Of a DNA stretch of 64,000 nt, positions 15,965 to 30,690 are shown in pieces. The DNA lies in NCBI GenBank assembly GCA_002269645.1, contig NIVC01001819.1:51605-115604 (forward strand), read 5' to 3'. The position numbers and the translations under genes are program-made. Numbering within the stretch: position 1 is the stretch's first letter; the number at the start of each line of letters is the position of its first letter. This stretch comes from Macrostomum lignano (taxonomy: Eukaryota). The notes under the pieces were generated by a model. That model had not been told where the DNA came from. It made no database searches and saw only the letters and a list, made by a program, of their open reading frames with translations.

Positions 15965-16940
15965 TTTGCTGAATTGGGGGTTTCTAATTGCTGAGTTGGG
16001 GGTTTCTAATTGCTGAGTTGGGGGTTTCTAATTGCTGAGTTGGGGTTTCTAATTGCTGAGTTGGGGGTTTCTAATTGCTGAGTTGGGGGGTTTCTAATTG
16101 CTGAGTTGGGGGTTTCTAATGCTGAGTTGGGGGTTTCTAATTGCTGAGTTGGGGGTTTCTAATTGCTGAGTTGGGGGTTTCTAATTGCTGAGTTGGGGGT
16201 TTCTAATTGCTGAGTTGGGGGTTTCTAATTGCTGAGTTGGGGTTTCTAATTGCTGAGTTGGGGTTTCTAATTGCTGAGCCATAGACTTCTAATTGCTGAG
16301 GCATAGATTTCTAATTGCTGAGTTACAGGTTTCTAATTGCTGAGCCATAGATTTCTGATTGCTAAGCCATAGATTTATAATTGCTGAGCCATAGATTTAT
16401 AATTGCTGAGCCATAGATTTCTAATTGCTGAGCCATTAGATTTCTAATTGCTGAGCCATAGATTTCTGATTGCTGAGCCATAGATTTCTAATTGCTGAGC
16501 CATAGATTTATAATTGCTGAGCCATAGATTTCTAATTGCTGAGCCATAGATTTCTGATTGCTGAGCCATAGATTTCTGATTGCTGAGCCATAGATTTCTG
16601 ATTGCTGAGCCATAGATTTCTAATTGCTGAGCCATAGATTTCTAATTGCTGAGCCATTAGAATTCTAATTGCTGAGCCATAGATTTCTAATTGCTGAGCC
16701 ATTAGAATTCTAATTGCTGAGCCATAGATTTCTAATTGCTGAGCCATAGATTTCTAATTGCTGAGCCATAGATTTCTGATTGCTGAGCCATAGATTTCTG
16801 ATTGCTGAGCCATAGAATTATAATTGCTGAGCCATAGATTTATAATTGCTGAGCCATTCGATTTCTAATTGCTGAGCCATTAGATTTCTAATTGCTGAGC
16901 CATAGATTTCTAATTGCTGAGCCATAGATTTCTAATTGCT
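15965..16940. repeat. Bipartite 22-bp minisatellite: CTAATTGCTGAG-TTGGGGGTTT then CTAATTGCTGAG-CCATAGATTT
   Basis: Unit type switches at ~16275. Confidence 0.95.
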
Positions 16941-17439
16941 AGTTCAGTTTAGTAAAAGCCCTTATGCTTTGTTTGCCAATAGTTGTTCTCTGTTACTTAG
17001 CATATCAATATGTTACAGAAAATTAATTTACACCTGCATCTAGTCTATTCTAGGCAACAATTTATATTGATAGGTACTATTTTATTTATCAAACAACTAG
17101 CCACGTTTTTTAAATACGCGCGCAATTTTATCTCTAACTTACATTGTTATGCGATACCAACTCCTGCTAAGCTGATGTGCATTCACAGGTAATACAAACA
17201 GCTGATGCAGTCTGGCTGTAACTGACACAGACAACGTTGAACAATTGTCCATCATTTCTCGAAATTGCGTCATTTTCATGATTAACAAAATAATGAGTAC
17301 TTTCGTTGCAACCTCCTTGAGGACATACCAGTTTGACTTCGGAGTTCTGAAAATATAGATAAACGCATAATTGCTGTTTGCTGAATGTGCTACTCGATAA
17401 GTAGATAATTAAGGACATTGATTGACTGTTTGTTAGTGT

Positions 17440-17942
<503 letters not shown>

Positions 17943-18359
17943 TGATCTGTTTTATTTTTTAAAAACACTGTTTATACATGTACATATCGCAAACTTTTGA
18001 ACCGTCATTCTTATTGAAAAGCTTTTAAAGGGTCTGCAACGCTGATGTCAAAGAAGTGAGGCAGCATACTTGTTACATTTTTATTTAAGTTAAGGATAGG
18101 AATGGAGAGTAGTACCAAATTTTAATCGCTTTTGTCAAAAAAATTCGAATTGCAAATAGAATTTCAGTTGAAAAACAACTTATATAAATTGCCGACTACG
18201 ACTGTTTCAATCCCTGCAGGTCTCAGCAAATATTTTCAACCGTGGCCATTTAAAACAGAAATCACACCTTTGAGAACGTAAGTTTTAATTTATAAATTTG
18301 TTTTTTGTTTAAATCTTTCTGATTTAGTGCGGCGGTATGGTAGACTTGGTGCATTTGGA

Positions 18360-18578
18360 GATGGCGCCCCTTGGATATCGATGGCGCCCCTTGGATAACG
18401 ATGGCGCCCCTTGGATATCAATGGCGCCCTTTGATATCAATGGCGCCCCTTGGATAGCGATGGCGCCCCTTGGATAGCGATGGCGCCCCTTGGATAGCGA
18501 TGGCGCCCCTTGGATATCGATGGCGCCCCTTGGATAGCGATGGCGCCCCTTGGATAGCGATGGCGCCCCTTGGATAGT
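18360..18578. repeat. 20-bp minisatellite (GATGGCGCCCCTTGGATAKC), ~11 copies
   Basis: Direct reading. Confidence 0.93.
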
Positions 18579-19379
18579 GATTGCATGTGCTCAGTATTTG
18601 CTCAGGTGTCGGCAGAATGGGCAGAATGGGCAGCCATACACTGTACAGGTTAAATAAGCATTTTCTGCACTCGCTACTCCCGATAAGTAGTATTTAAATG
18701 TTTGCCTACTACCTAAAAATTTAAATGAGTTTCTGAAATTTCCGAGCTGAGAATACTGTTCTATTGTTTATCAAAATATTGATTCAAGATGTCCAACTGA
18801 ATTAGTATTGCTTATGATTTGTTGAATTTGTTGACAAAATAAAAGTGCAATTTGCATTTTACTGACACACGGGAAGAGAAATAAAGAACTGTTCTCATCA
18901 ACATCAGATTCAGCTCATGGTTGGTTGCTAGGCAGAATCCAATCACGGAGCGGAGCCTGTCGCAGAGAAATACCTAGAAAAAGTCTTAGCTCAGGAAAAT
19001 CTGTTTTTTTTCTTTCCCCTCTTCAACCGTTTCACCTATCTAAGCTGCTGTTTACTATGATATTCTCACCTCAGGTAGATGCAGATTAGCACTGCCCTGC
19101 CTGTTAGTTCGTTAGTGTTTTTCAGTAGTTTTGCATCTGTAGAATAGAAGAAGATTAAGCTATAGTACTGTTTAATCCCCTTTATTAGCAAAGTTGATCA
19201 ATTGATTTGAGCGCTAAACTCGATCAGAGCAAAACAGTTAGACAAACAACATCAAAGTGGCATTGCGAAAAGAAGGTAAACATCTATTGCATGGGATTTA
19301 TTTCAAGATTTGAAAGATTTTTTATATTTGAAATTTGCCACTTGATTTCGCACTTAGTCTCAGTCTCACTATCTCATTC

Positions 19380-20245
19380 TAACCCTCTCTCACTCTCACT
19401 CTCACTCTCACCCTCACCCTCACTCTTACCCTCACACTCACCCTCAATTTCATCCTCACCCTCACCCTCACCCTCACTCTCAGTCTCACTCTCAACCTCA
19501 CCCTCACTCTCTCACCCTCACTCTCACCCTCACCCTCACTCTCTCACCCTCACTCTCTCACCCTCACTCTCACCCTCACTCTAAAATTTACCCTCACTCT
19601 CAGCCTCACTCTCAGTCTCAATCTCAGCCTCAATCTCAACCTCACTCTCAGCCTCAATCTCAACCTCACTCTCTCACCCTAACTCTCACTCTAACCCTCA
19701 CCCTCACTCTCACCCTCACCCTCACCCGCACTCTCACCCTCAACCTCACCTTCACTCTCACCCTCACTCGCTCACCATCACTCTCTCACCCTCAGTCTCA
19801 CCCTCACTCTCGCCCTCACTCTCACTCTCACCTTCGCTCTCACCCTCACTCTCAATCTCATCCTCACTCTCTCACCCTAACTCTCACTCTAACCCTCACC
19901 CTCACTCTCACCCTCACCCTCACCCTCACTCTCACCCTCACCCTCAACCTCACTCTCAACCTCACCCTCACCTTCACTCTCACCCTCACTCGCTCACCAT
20001 CACTCTCTCACCCTCAGTCTCACCCTCACTCTCGCCCTCACTCTCACTCTCACCTTCGCTCTCACCCTCACTCTCAATCTCATCCTCACTCTCTCACCCT
20101 CACTCTCTCACCCTAACTCTCAAACTTACTCACCTTTCCTCTCACTTCCAATCTCAGTGTCTCACATTCACTCTCAGTTCCAATCTCAGTGTCTCACATT
20201 CACTATCAGTTCCAATCTCAGTGTCTCACATTCACTCTCAGTCTC
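19380..20245. repeat. Degenerate (CTCACY)n hexamer array
   Basis: Direct reading; ends just before the acceptor at 20261. Confidence 0.92.
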
Positions 20246-20371
20246 CAACTCACAACCGCAGGCCACTTTCGGGACGTCGTCTTTGCTGGCAGCCACCACA
20301 AGGAGGGCTACGGCGGTTCGCATCACCAGAGCGGAAGCGGCGGCAGTCGCGGCCAAGGACACGAGGGCGGC

Positions 20372-20528
20372 ATGGACGCCACGTTCATGTGGAAGCTGTC
20401 CAAGCTCGGGCGGATCGGCTCCTCGAAATTGCGATTCGACGACGACTTTGCTGACAGGCTTAATTATCAGTTCACCGGAGTGATTCTCTTCCTGTTTATC
20501 GGGCTGATTGGCATTCGACAGTATGTTG
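20372..20528 (+). CDS. inx: Innexin B, coding exon 1
   Basis: Translates MDATFMWKLSKLGRIG...DDDFADRLNYQFTGVILFLFIGLIGIRQYV-G. Donor G|GTGAGT at 20528/20529, phase 1. The frame stays open upstream to an acceptor at 20261, so the true start may lie further 5'. Confidence 0.92.
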
Positions 20529-20539
20529 GTGAGTCACGT

Positions 20540-21255
20540 GACCAATGTACATTTAAAGAGGCGTTCAATTAAAGTCAGTAACGTGATCCGTGTACGTTTG
20601 AGAGAACAAGAAACTAAAGAGTCACGTGATCTATGCACATTGCAGGGACGAGAATTCAGTTTGTTAGTTAGTCACGTGATAAATGTACATTTGAGGGGGC
20701 AAGAAACTAATGAGTCACGTGATCTATGCACAATGCAGGGACGAGAATTCAGTTTGTTAGTTAGTCACGGGATAAATGTACACTTGAGGGTGCAAGAAAC
20801 TAATGAGTCACGTGATCTATGCACATTGCAGGGACGAGAATTCAGTTTGTTAGTTAGTCACGTGATAAATGTACATTTGAGGGGGCAAGAAACTAATGAG
20901 TCACGTGATCTATGCACATTGCAGGGACGAAAATTCAGTTTGTTAGTTAGTCACGGGATAAATGTTCATTTGAGGGTGCAAGAAACTAATGAGTCACGTG
21001 ATCTATGCACATTGCAGGGACGAAAATTCAGTTTGTTAGTTAGTCACGGGATAAATGTACATTTGAGGGTGCAAGAAACTAATGAGTCACGTGATCTATG
21101 CACATTGCAGGGACGAGAATTCAGTTTGTTAGTTAGTCACGGGATAAATGTACATTTGAGGGTGCAAGAAACTAATGAGTCACGTGATCTATGCACATTG
21201 CAGGGACGAGAATTCAGTTTGTTAGACAGTCATGTGACCAATGTGCATCTGAAGT
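20540..21255. repeat. 93-bp minisatellite, ~7 copies plus a degenerate lead-in, at the start of innexin B intron 1
   Basis: GAGTCACGTGATCT at 20619, 20712, 20805, 20898, 20991, 21084 and 21177. Confidence 0.95.
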
Positions 21256-21340
21256 AAACTTTAACTGGAGCATACTTAAGAAAGAAAGAAACGAGAAACT
21301 AAACAAAAAATCACCAGTGAGAGAAGGGTTAGGGCAGGTG

Positions 21341-21419
<79 letters not shown>

Positions 21420-21983
21420 GCATGACAGCACGACATGCTTTAATTACATTTCACGCATAAAATCCGATGTAGAATCACTGTGAAATACCCTTGTAAAAAA
21501 AACAAATCAATCAAGATAAAAGTCAATCAATCAGGTGATCCCCTATGGATTAGAACGAATATGAAATCTTGTTGCTAGGCAGGAAAAAGTCAGGATTTTG
21601 TGTTAAAACTGACGATCATTTATACATTTTTAATCTTATTAAACCTTATTCAACTAATCAAAATATAAGCCCGATACATCGGTTGAAAAATCTGCCAGAT
21701 TCATTGAAAACTGAATCTTACATCCTTTCAAGGCAAAACTGAATAGCTAAGATGAGGATATAGCGAGATAACTGAACAATGCACTGCTAGAAACAAAGAG
21801 AATTCTAATAAATCAAAGACCAGGCTGTGTCTGTTCTATGCGAGCGAAAAATCAGTTCATTCAGGCAGTCACGACTTCCAGCTGACTCTATTGGGAAGCC
21901 TCAGTGCTTGAAGAATTTCTGTTGCTATGCAAGCTTGGTTACGGTACAGATTTTGCACTGCCGCGGGCTGGCCGTCATATCGA

Positions 21984-22257
<274 letters not shown>

Positions 22258-22760
22258 AGTATTCTTCCATCTGACAAATCCCTCTCTCGTCTCAATGTTT
22301 CATCCATCCCTTCAGTTCCTTCGCTGTTTACCGATTTCTGAATCTTTTAATCTCTATGCGCGTTTTCCCTATAGTCCCTATAGTTTTTTATTTTGTCTCC
22401 CATTCTCTATCCCGATGAAGGTGTTAATTTCTCGATCTCCAAGGTCAACTCCCCTCATGCAGCTCCCTCCCCCCAGGCCTCGGGGCACTGCGCAGTGCGA
22501 ACATGCACGAAAGATGCAGCGATGTCTTGGACGAGGCTAGCCGGGGAGAGTTGAGGAAGCCTGACTGCAGGCAGGATGGGCGTGCCCAGTCTTTTGTCTT
22601 CTACACACTAATTTGACCTCCCCCTGGGACTGAGCATTTGTTGCCGAATATTTCATATTTGCCGACTTACTTTAACCCTGCGACTGGCCCCACCCAGTGG
22701 ACATTTGTGACGGCTAGTACAGGATATATATCTTAATATCCAGGAGTAAATTTAGTGAGA

Positions 22761-25410
22761 AGTAGACATGCAGTGACAGATGAAGGGAGACAGGAGTAGA
22801 CATGCAGTGACAGATGAAGGGAGACAGGAGTAGACATGCAGTGACAGATGAAGGGAGACAGGAGTAGACATGCAGGGACAGATGAAGGGAGACAGGAGTA
22901 GACATGCAGGGACAGATGAAGGGAGACAGGAGTAGACATGCAGTGACAGATGAAGGGAGACAGGAGTAGACATGCAGTGACAGATGAAGGGAGACAGGAG
23001 TAGACATGCAGTGACAGATGAAGGGAGACAGGAGTAGACATGCAGTGACAGATGAAGGGAGACAGGAGTAGACATGCAGTGACAGATGAAGGGAGACAGG
23101 AGTAGACATGCAGTGACAGATGAAGGGAGACAGGAGTAGACATGCAGTGACAGATGAAGGGAGACAGGAGTAGACATGCAGTGACAGATGAAGGGAGACA
23201 GGAGTAGACATGCAGTGACAGATGAAGGGAGACAGGAGTAGACATGCAGTGACAGATGAAGGGAGACAGGAGTAGACATGCAGTGACAGATGAAGGGAGA
23301 CAGGAGTAGACATGCAGGGACAGATGAAGGGAGACAGGAGTAGACATGCAGTGACAGATGAAGGGAGACAGGAGTAGACATGCAGTGACAGATGAAGGGA
23401 GACAGGAGTAGACATGCAGTGACAGATGAAGGGAGACAGGAGTAGACATGCAGTGACAGATGAAGGGAGACAAGAGTAGACATGCAGTGACAGATGAAGG
23501 GAGACAAAAGTAGACATGCAGTGACAGATGAAGGGAGACAGGAGTAGACATGCAGTGACAGATGAAGGGAGACAGGAGTAGACATGCAGTGACAGATGAA
23601 GGGAGACAGGAGTAGACATGCAGGGACAGATGAAGGGAGACAGGAGTAGACATGCAGTGACAGATGAAGGGAGACAGGAGTAGACATGCAGGGACAGATG
23701 AAGGGAGACAGGAGTAGACATGCAGTGACAGATGAAGGGAGACAGGAGTAGACATGCAGTGACAGATGAAGGGAGACAGGAGTAGACATGCAGTGACAGA
23801 TGAAGGGAGACAGGAGTAGACATGCAGTGACAGATGAAGGGAGACAGGAGTAGACATGCAGTGACAGATGAAGGGAGACAGGAGTAGACATGCAGTGACA
23901 GATGAAGGGAGACAGGAGTAGACATGCAGTGACAGATGAAGGGAGACAGGAGTAGACATGCAGTGACAGATGAAGGGAGACAGGAGTAGACATGCAGTGA
24001 CAGATGAAGGGAGACAGGAGTAGACATGCAGTGACAGATGAAGGGAGACAGGAGTAGACATGCAGTGACAGATGAAGGGAGACAGGAGTAGACATGCAGT
24101 GACAGATGAAGGGAGACAGGAGTAGACATGCAGTGACAGATGAAGGGAGACAGGAGTAGACATGCAGTGACAGATGAAGGGAGACAGGAGTAGACATGCA
24201 GTGACAGATGAAGGGAGACAGGAGTAGACATGCAGTGACAGATGAAGGGAGACAGGAGTAGACATGCAGTGACAGATGAAGGGAGACAGGAGTAGACATG
24301 CAGTGACAGATGAAGGGAGACAGGAGTAGACATGCAGGGACAGATGAAGGGAGACAGGAGTAGACATGCAGGGACAGATGAAGGGAGACAGGAGTAGACA
24401 TGCAGGGACAGATGAAGGGAGACAGGAGTAGACATGCAGTGACAGATGAAGGGAGACAGGAGTAGACATGCAGTGACAGATGAAGGGAGACAGGAGTAGA
24501 CATGCAGTGACAGATGAAGGGAGACAGGAGTAGACATGCAGTGACAGATGAAGGGAGACAGAAGTAGACATGCAGTGACAGATGAAGGGAGACAGGAGTA
24601 GACATGCAGTGACAGATGAAGGGAGACAGGAGTAGACATGCAGTGACAGATGAAGGGAGACAGGAGTAGACATGCAGTGACAGATGAAGGGAGACAGGAG
24701 TAGACATGCAGTGACAGATGAAGGGAGACAAGAGTAGACATGCAGTGACAGATGAAGGGAGACAGGAGTAGACATGCAGTGACAGATGAAGGGAGACAGG
24801 AGTAGACATGCAGTGACAGATGAAGGGAGACAGGAGTAGACATGCAGTGACAGATGAAGGGAGACAGGAGTAGACATGCAGTGACAGATGAAGGGAGACA
24901 GGAGTAGACATGCAGTGACAGATGAAGGGAGACAGGAGTAGACATGCAGTGACAGATGAAGGGAGACAGGAGTAGACATGCAGTGACAGATGAAGGGAGA
25001 CAGGAGTAGACATGCAGTGACAGATGAAGGGAGACAGGAGTAGACATGCAGTGACAGATGAAGGGAGACAGGAGTAGACATGCAGTGACAGATGAAGGGA
25101 GACAGGAGTAGACATGCAGTGACAGATGAAGGAAGACAGGAGTAGACATGCAGTGACAGATGAAGGGAGACAGGAGTAGACATGCAGTGACAGATGAAGG
25201 GAGACAGGAGTAGACATGCAGTGACAGATGAAGGGAGACAAGAGTAGACATGCAGTGACAGATGAAGGGAGACAGGAGTAGACATGCAGTGACAGATGAA
25301 GGGAGACAGGAGTAGACATGCAGGGACAGATGAAGGGAGACAGGAGTAGACATGCAGTGACAGATGAAGGGAGACAGGAGTAGACATGCAGTGACAGATG
25401 AAGGAAGACA
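22761..25410. repeat. 34-bp satellite (GTAGACATGCAGTGACAGATGAAGGGAGACAGGA), ~78 copies
   Basis: Direct reading. It explains the three ~900-aa minus-strand ORFs: all three frames are open and the 34-aa period equals 3 units. Confidence 0.98.
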
Positions 25411-25825
25411 GCAAACCGCAATTATCAAATTTCAAATCTAAAATAATTTTTTTTGTACATAGTTTTCTTGGTTTGCTTCAAGAAGGCGGTAAGGGCTTAA
25501 GCATCATGGGCACTCATAGGAAAACTGGATTTCGTGAGCCACCTCATACAACCCGGTTTTGCATGTATTACTTCTGCAATCCGCTCTTATTGCTGAGCCT
25601 CTCACCTGCAGCATATTTCTGCTGTTGAGCACTGCGCTCTCTTTGAAGCTTCAAAAGTGCCCAGACGCCTGGGAAAATGAAAGAATTACTGAATTCAGAA
25701 AAGAGCTGTTTAGCTAGCCTTGGGCCTATTTTCACAGGTAACATCGGCTTGGGTGCGCTTGCTTAGCCCGAATGTGCTGGGGCCTGAAATGTACTTTAAA
25801 CACGAGTTTATTGCTCTGATTGACT

Positions 25826-26756
<931 letters not shown>

Positions 26757-27415
26757 CCAAGCAAAGCTTGAATAGAGTTGATTTGAAATCTGGAAATTAT
26801 TGAAAAGCTTTGCTCACAAACTCAGTGCAGCTCAACAACCTGGTAGACACTGAGCAGGGAGCAGGTTGCAAAACCGAGCAGATTAGTGGGGCTGCGTGTT
26901 GCCCAACACTTAATTATCCATCAAAGGGGGCTGGGCAGCATGCAGAGGGCGCGGGCGCAAGCATCACGGCTGAGGAAATGAGAGCCGAGATGAGAACTGA
27001 TTGAAGATGCTCGGGGGCACACAGTTAGGAAGATGACAGCCTGTGCCATGGTATGCGGATCGACGCTAACTCATTTGGAACTTCCCCGCGGGCAGCACAA
27101 CAAGCCATGCTAAGCTAATTCCGATGAAGTGTCGCTGTATCCATGCCGCTGTGGAAAAAAAATGTCTTTGAAATCTGATCCTTCGAGATCGGATTACGGT
27201 ACTTCTGTCACAGTTAGTCACATTTTGAGCTCGTAATCTACTTCAAGACGTTGAATCAAAGCAAAAAATCAGACACTGTGCAGTCCTTCGCAATCTCACT
27301 ATGAGCTGAGCTGTGAAAGTCATATTTACAGAAAAAAGCATGTAGCAATTTTCTAGTTAAATGAAAGGCGGACAAAATTAGAAGCCAGAAAACAGGCAGC
27401 AACACAAAAAGTGTC

Positions 27416-27803
27416 GCACCCACCTCCCTCCCTGTGTTTTAAACGCTGCCCCTCTAGCCCCAGTCTAATTGCACCCACCTCCCTCCCAGTGTTTTAAACA
27501 CCGTCTCTCAAACCCCTAGTCTAATTGCACCCACCTCCCTCCCAGTGTTTTAAACGCCGCCCCTCTAGCCCCGTCTAATTGCACCCACCTCCCTCCCAGT
27601 GTTTTAAACGCTGCCCCTCTAGCCCCGTCTAATTGCACCCACCTCCCTCCCAGTGTTTTAAACGATGCCCCTCTAGCCCCGTCTAATTGCACCCACCTCC
27701 CTCCCAGTGTTTTAAACGCCGCCCCTCTAGCCCCAGTCTAATTGCACCCACCTCCCTCCCAGTGTTTTAAACGCCGTCTCTCTAACCCCTAGTCTAATTG
27801 CAC
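27416..27803. repeat. 54-56-bp minisatellite, ~7 copies
   Basis: CTAATTGCAC at 27465, 27521, 27575, 27629, 27683, 27738 and 27794. Confidence 0.93.
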
Positions 27804-27891
27804 ACGCCTTTCTTTAGTGTCATGAATGATTCAAATTCAAAGTGTCTAAATATTCAAATTTAGCCAACATTCTCAATAATTCTCCTTGCAG

Positions 27892-28557
27892 GCAAGCCAA
27901 TCCAATGCTGGATTCCCCAGGAGTTCACCCGAGGCTGGGAGGAGTACGCCGAGAACTACTGCTGGGTGGCCAACACCTACTATGCGTCGGTGCCGGAGGA
28001 GCACCTACCTGCAGAGCACCTGCGCAGAAAGCGCATGATCACCTATTACCAATGGGCTCCTATAGTTCTAGCCGTTCAAGCACTGATGTTTTACCTGCCA
28101 TGCCTAATTTGGCGCCTATTTATGAATTATTCCGGATTTAATGTGCGCAAAATTCTGCAAATGGCCACGGACGCCAATGTGGTGATACCAGAAGCGCTAA
28201 ATAAGAACATCCGGTTTATGGCCAGGTACATGGAGGGCTGCATCTACAGACAGCGCGAGTACAGACGCGGTGTCGAGTTCGAGTGAAGCACTGCCTAGCA
28301 AAGTGCAGCTGCCTCTGCTGCGGCAAACGCTACGGCAATTTCCTCGTAGTTCTGTACTTCTTCATCAAGGTGTTGTACCTGTTGAACGTATTCGGTCAGC
28401 TCTACATCATGGAAAAATTTGTTGGCACAACTTACACGTTCTTTGGATTTCAAGTCCTGCGCGATCTATTTAACGGCATACAGTGGTATCAGTCTTCGAA
28501 TTTTCCCAGAGTCACGTTCTGCGATCTGCAAGCCAAGAAGCTCGGAGTGAACTACCA
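27892..28557 (+). CDS. inx: Innexin B, coding exon 2, with a one-base frameshift at ~28270
   Basis: Acceptor TTGCAG|GC. Contains GKPIQCW, ENYCW and YYQW. The frame breaks after YRRG, and the other frame continues CRVRVKHCLAK...GKRYGNFL...FPRVTFCDL. Donor CA|GTGAGC at 28557/28558, phase 2. Confidence 0.9.
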
Positions 28558-28586
28558 GTGAGCCAATTTTGTGGGCCGGAGTGCAT

Positions 28587-30690
28587 CAGACACCTGAGCA
28601 CAGACACCTGAGCACAGACACCTGAGCACAGACACCTGAGCACAGACACCTGAGCACAGACACCTGAGCACAGACACCGAGCACAGACACCGAGCACAGA
28701 CACCTGAGCACAGACACCTGAGCACAGACACCGAGCACAGACACCGAGCACAGACACCTGAGCACAGACACCTGAGCACAGACACCTGAGCACAGACACC
28801 TGAGCACAGACACCTGAGCACAGACACCTGAGCACAGACACCTGAGCACAGACACCTGAGCACAGACACCTGAGCACAGACACCTGAGCACAGACACCTG
28901 AGCACAGACACCTGAGCACAGACACCTGAGCACAGACACCTGAGCACAGACACCTGAGCACAGACACCTGAGCACAGACACCTGAGCACAGACACCTGAG
29001 CACAGACACCTGAGCACAGACACCTGAGCACAGACACCTGAGCACAGACACCTGAGCACAGACACCTGAGCACAGACACCTGAGCACAGACACCTGAGCA
29101 CAGACACCTGAGCACAGACACCTGAGCACAGACACCTGAGCACAGACACCTGAGCACAGACACCTGAGCACAGACACCTGAGCACAGACACCTGAGCACA
29201 GACACCTGAGCACAGACACCTGAGCACAGACACCTGAGCACAGACACCTGAGCACAGACACCTGAGCACAGACACCTGAGCACAGACACCTGAGCACAGA
29301 CACCTGAGCACAGACACCTGAGCACAGACACCTGAGCACAGACACCTGAGCACAGACACCTGAGCACAGACACCTGAGCACAGACACCTGAGCACAGACA
29401 CCTGAGCACAGACACCTGAGCACAGACACCTGAGCACAGACACCTGAGCACAGACACCTGAGCACAGACACCTGAGCACAGACACCTGAGCACAGACACC
29501 TGAGCACAGACACCTGAGCACAGACACCTGAGCACAGACACCTGAGCACAGACACCTGAGCACAGACACCTGAGCACAGACACCTGAGCACAGACACCTG
29601 AGCACAGACACCTGAGCACAGACACCTGAGCACAGACACCTGAGCACAGACACCTGAGCACAGACACCTGAGCACAGACACCTGAGCACAGACACCTGAG
29701 CACAGACACCTGAGCACAGACACCTGAGCACAGACACCTGAGCACAGACACCTGAGCACAGACACCTGAGCACAGACACCTGAGCACAGACACCTGAGCA
29801 CAGACACCTGAGCACAGACACCTGAGCACAGACACCTGAGCACAGACACCTGAGCACAGACACCTGAGCACAGACACCTGAGCACAGACACCTGAGCACA
29901 GACACCTGAGCACAGACACCTGAGCACAGACACCTGAGCACAGACACCTGAGCACAGACACCTGAGCACAGACACCTGAGCACAGACACCTGAGCACAGA
30001 CACCTGAGCACAGACACCTGAGCACAGACACCTGAGCACAGACACCTGAGCACAGACACCTGAGCACAGACACCTGAGCACAGACACCTGAGCACAGACA
30101 CCTGAGCACAGACACCTGAGCACAGACACCTGAGCACAGACACCTGAGCACAGACACCTGAGCACAGACACCTGAGCACAGACACCTGAGCACAGACACC
30201 TGAGCACAGACACCTGAGCACAGACACCTGAGCACAGACACCTGAGCACAGACACCTGAGCACAGACACCTGAGCACAGACACCTGAGCACAGACACCTG
30301 AGCACAGACACCTGAGCACAGACACCTGAGCACAGACACCTGAGCACAGACACCTGAGCACAGACACCTGAGCACAGACACCTGAGCACAGACACCTGAG
30401 CACAGACACCTGAGCACAGACACCTGAGCACAGACACCTGAGCACAGACACCTGAGCACAGACACCTGAGCACAGACACCTGAGCACAGACACCTGAGCA
30501 CAGACACCTGAGCACAGACACCTGAGCACAGACACCTGAGCACAGACACCTGAGCACAGACACCTGAGCACAGACACCTGAGCACAGACACCTGAGCATA
30601 GACACCTGAGCACAGACACCTGAGCACAGACACCTGAGCACAGACACCTGTGCTCAGGTCTGAGCACAGACACCGAGCACAGACAGGCAC
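28587..30690. repeat. 14-bp satellite (CAGACACCTGAGCA), ~148 copies
   Basis: Direct reading; explains the three ~720-aa minus-strand ORFs. Confidence 0.98.

Noticed and set aside
22714-25435. Three ~900-aa Cys-rich minus-strand ORFs
   Set aside because: They are translations of a 34-bp satellite lacking stops on one strand. All three frames are open, and the array lies in an innexin intron.
28270-28277. An 8-nt GT..AG micro-intron or programmed ribosomal frameshift rescuing innexin B
   Set aside because: 8 nt is far below spliceosomal limits and there is no slippery heptamer. A single missing base gives a more natural sequence.
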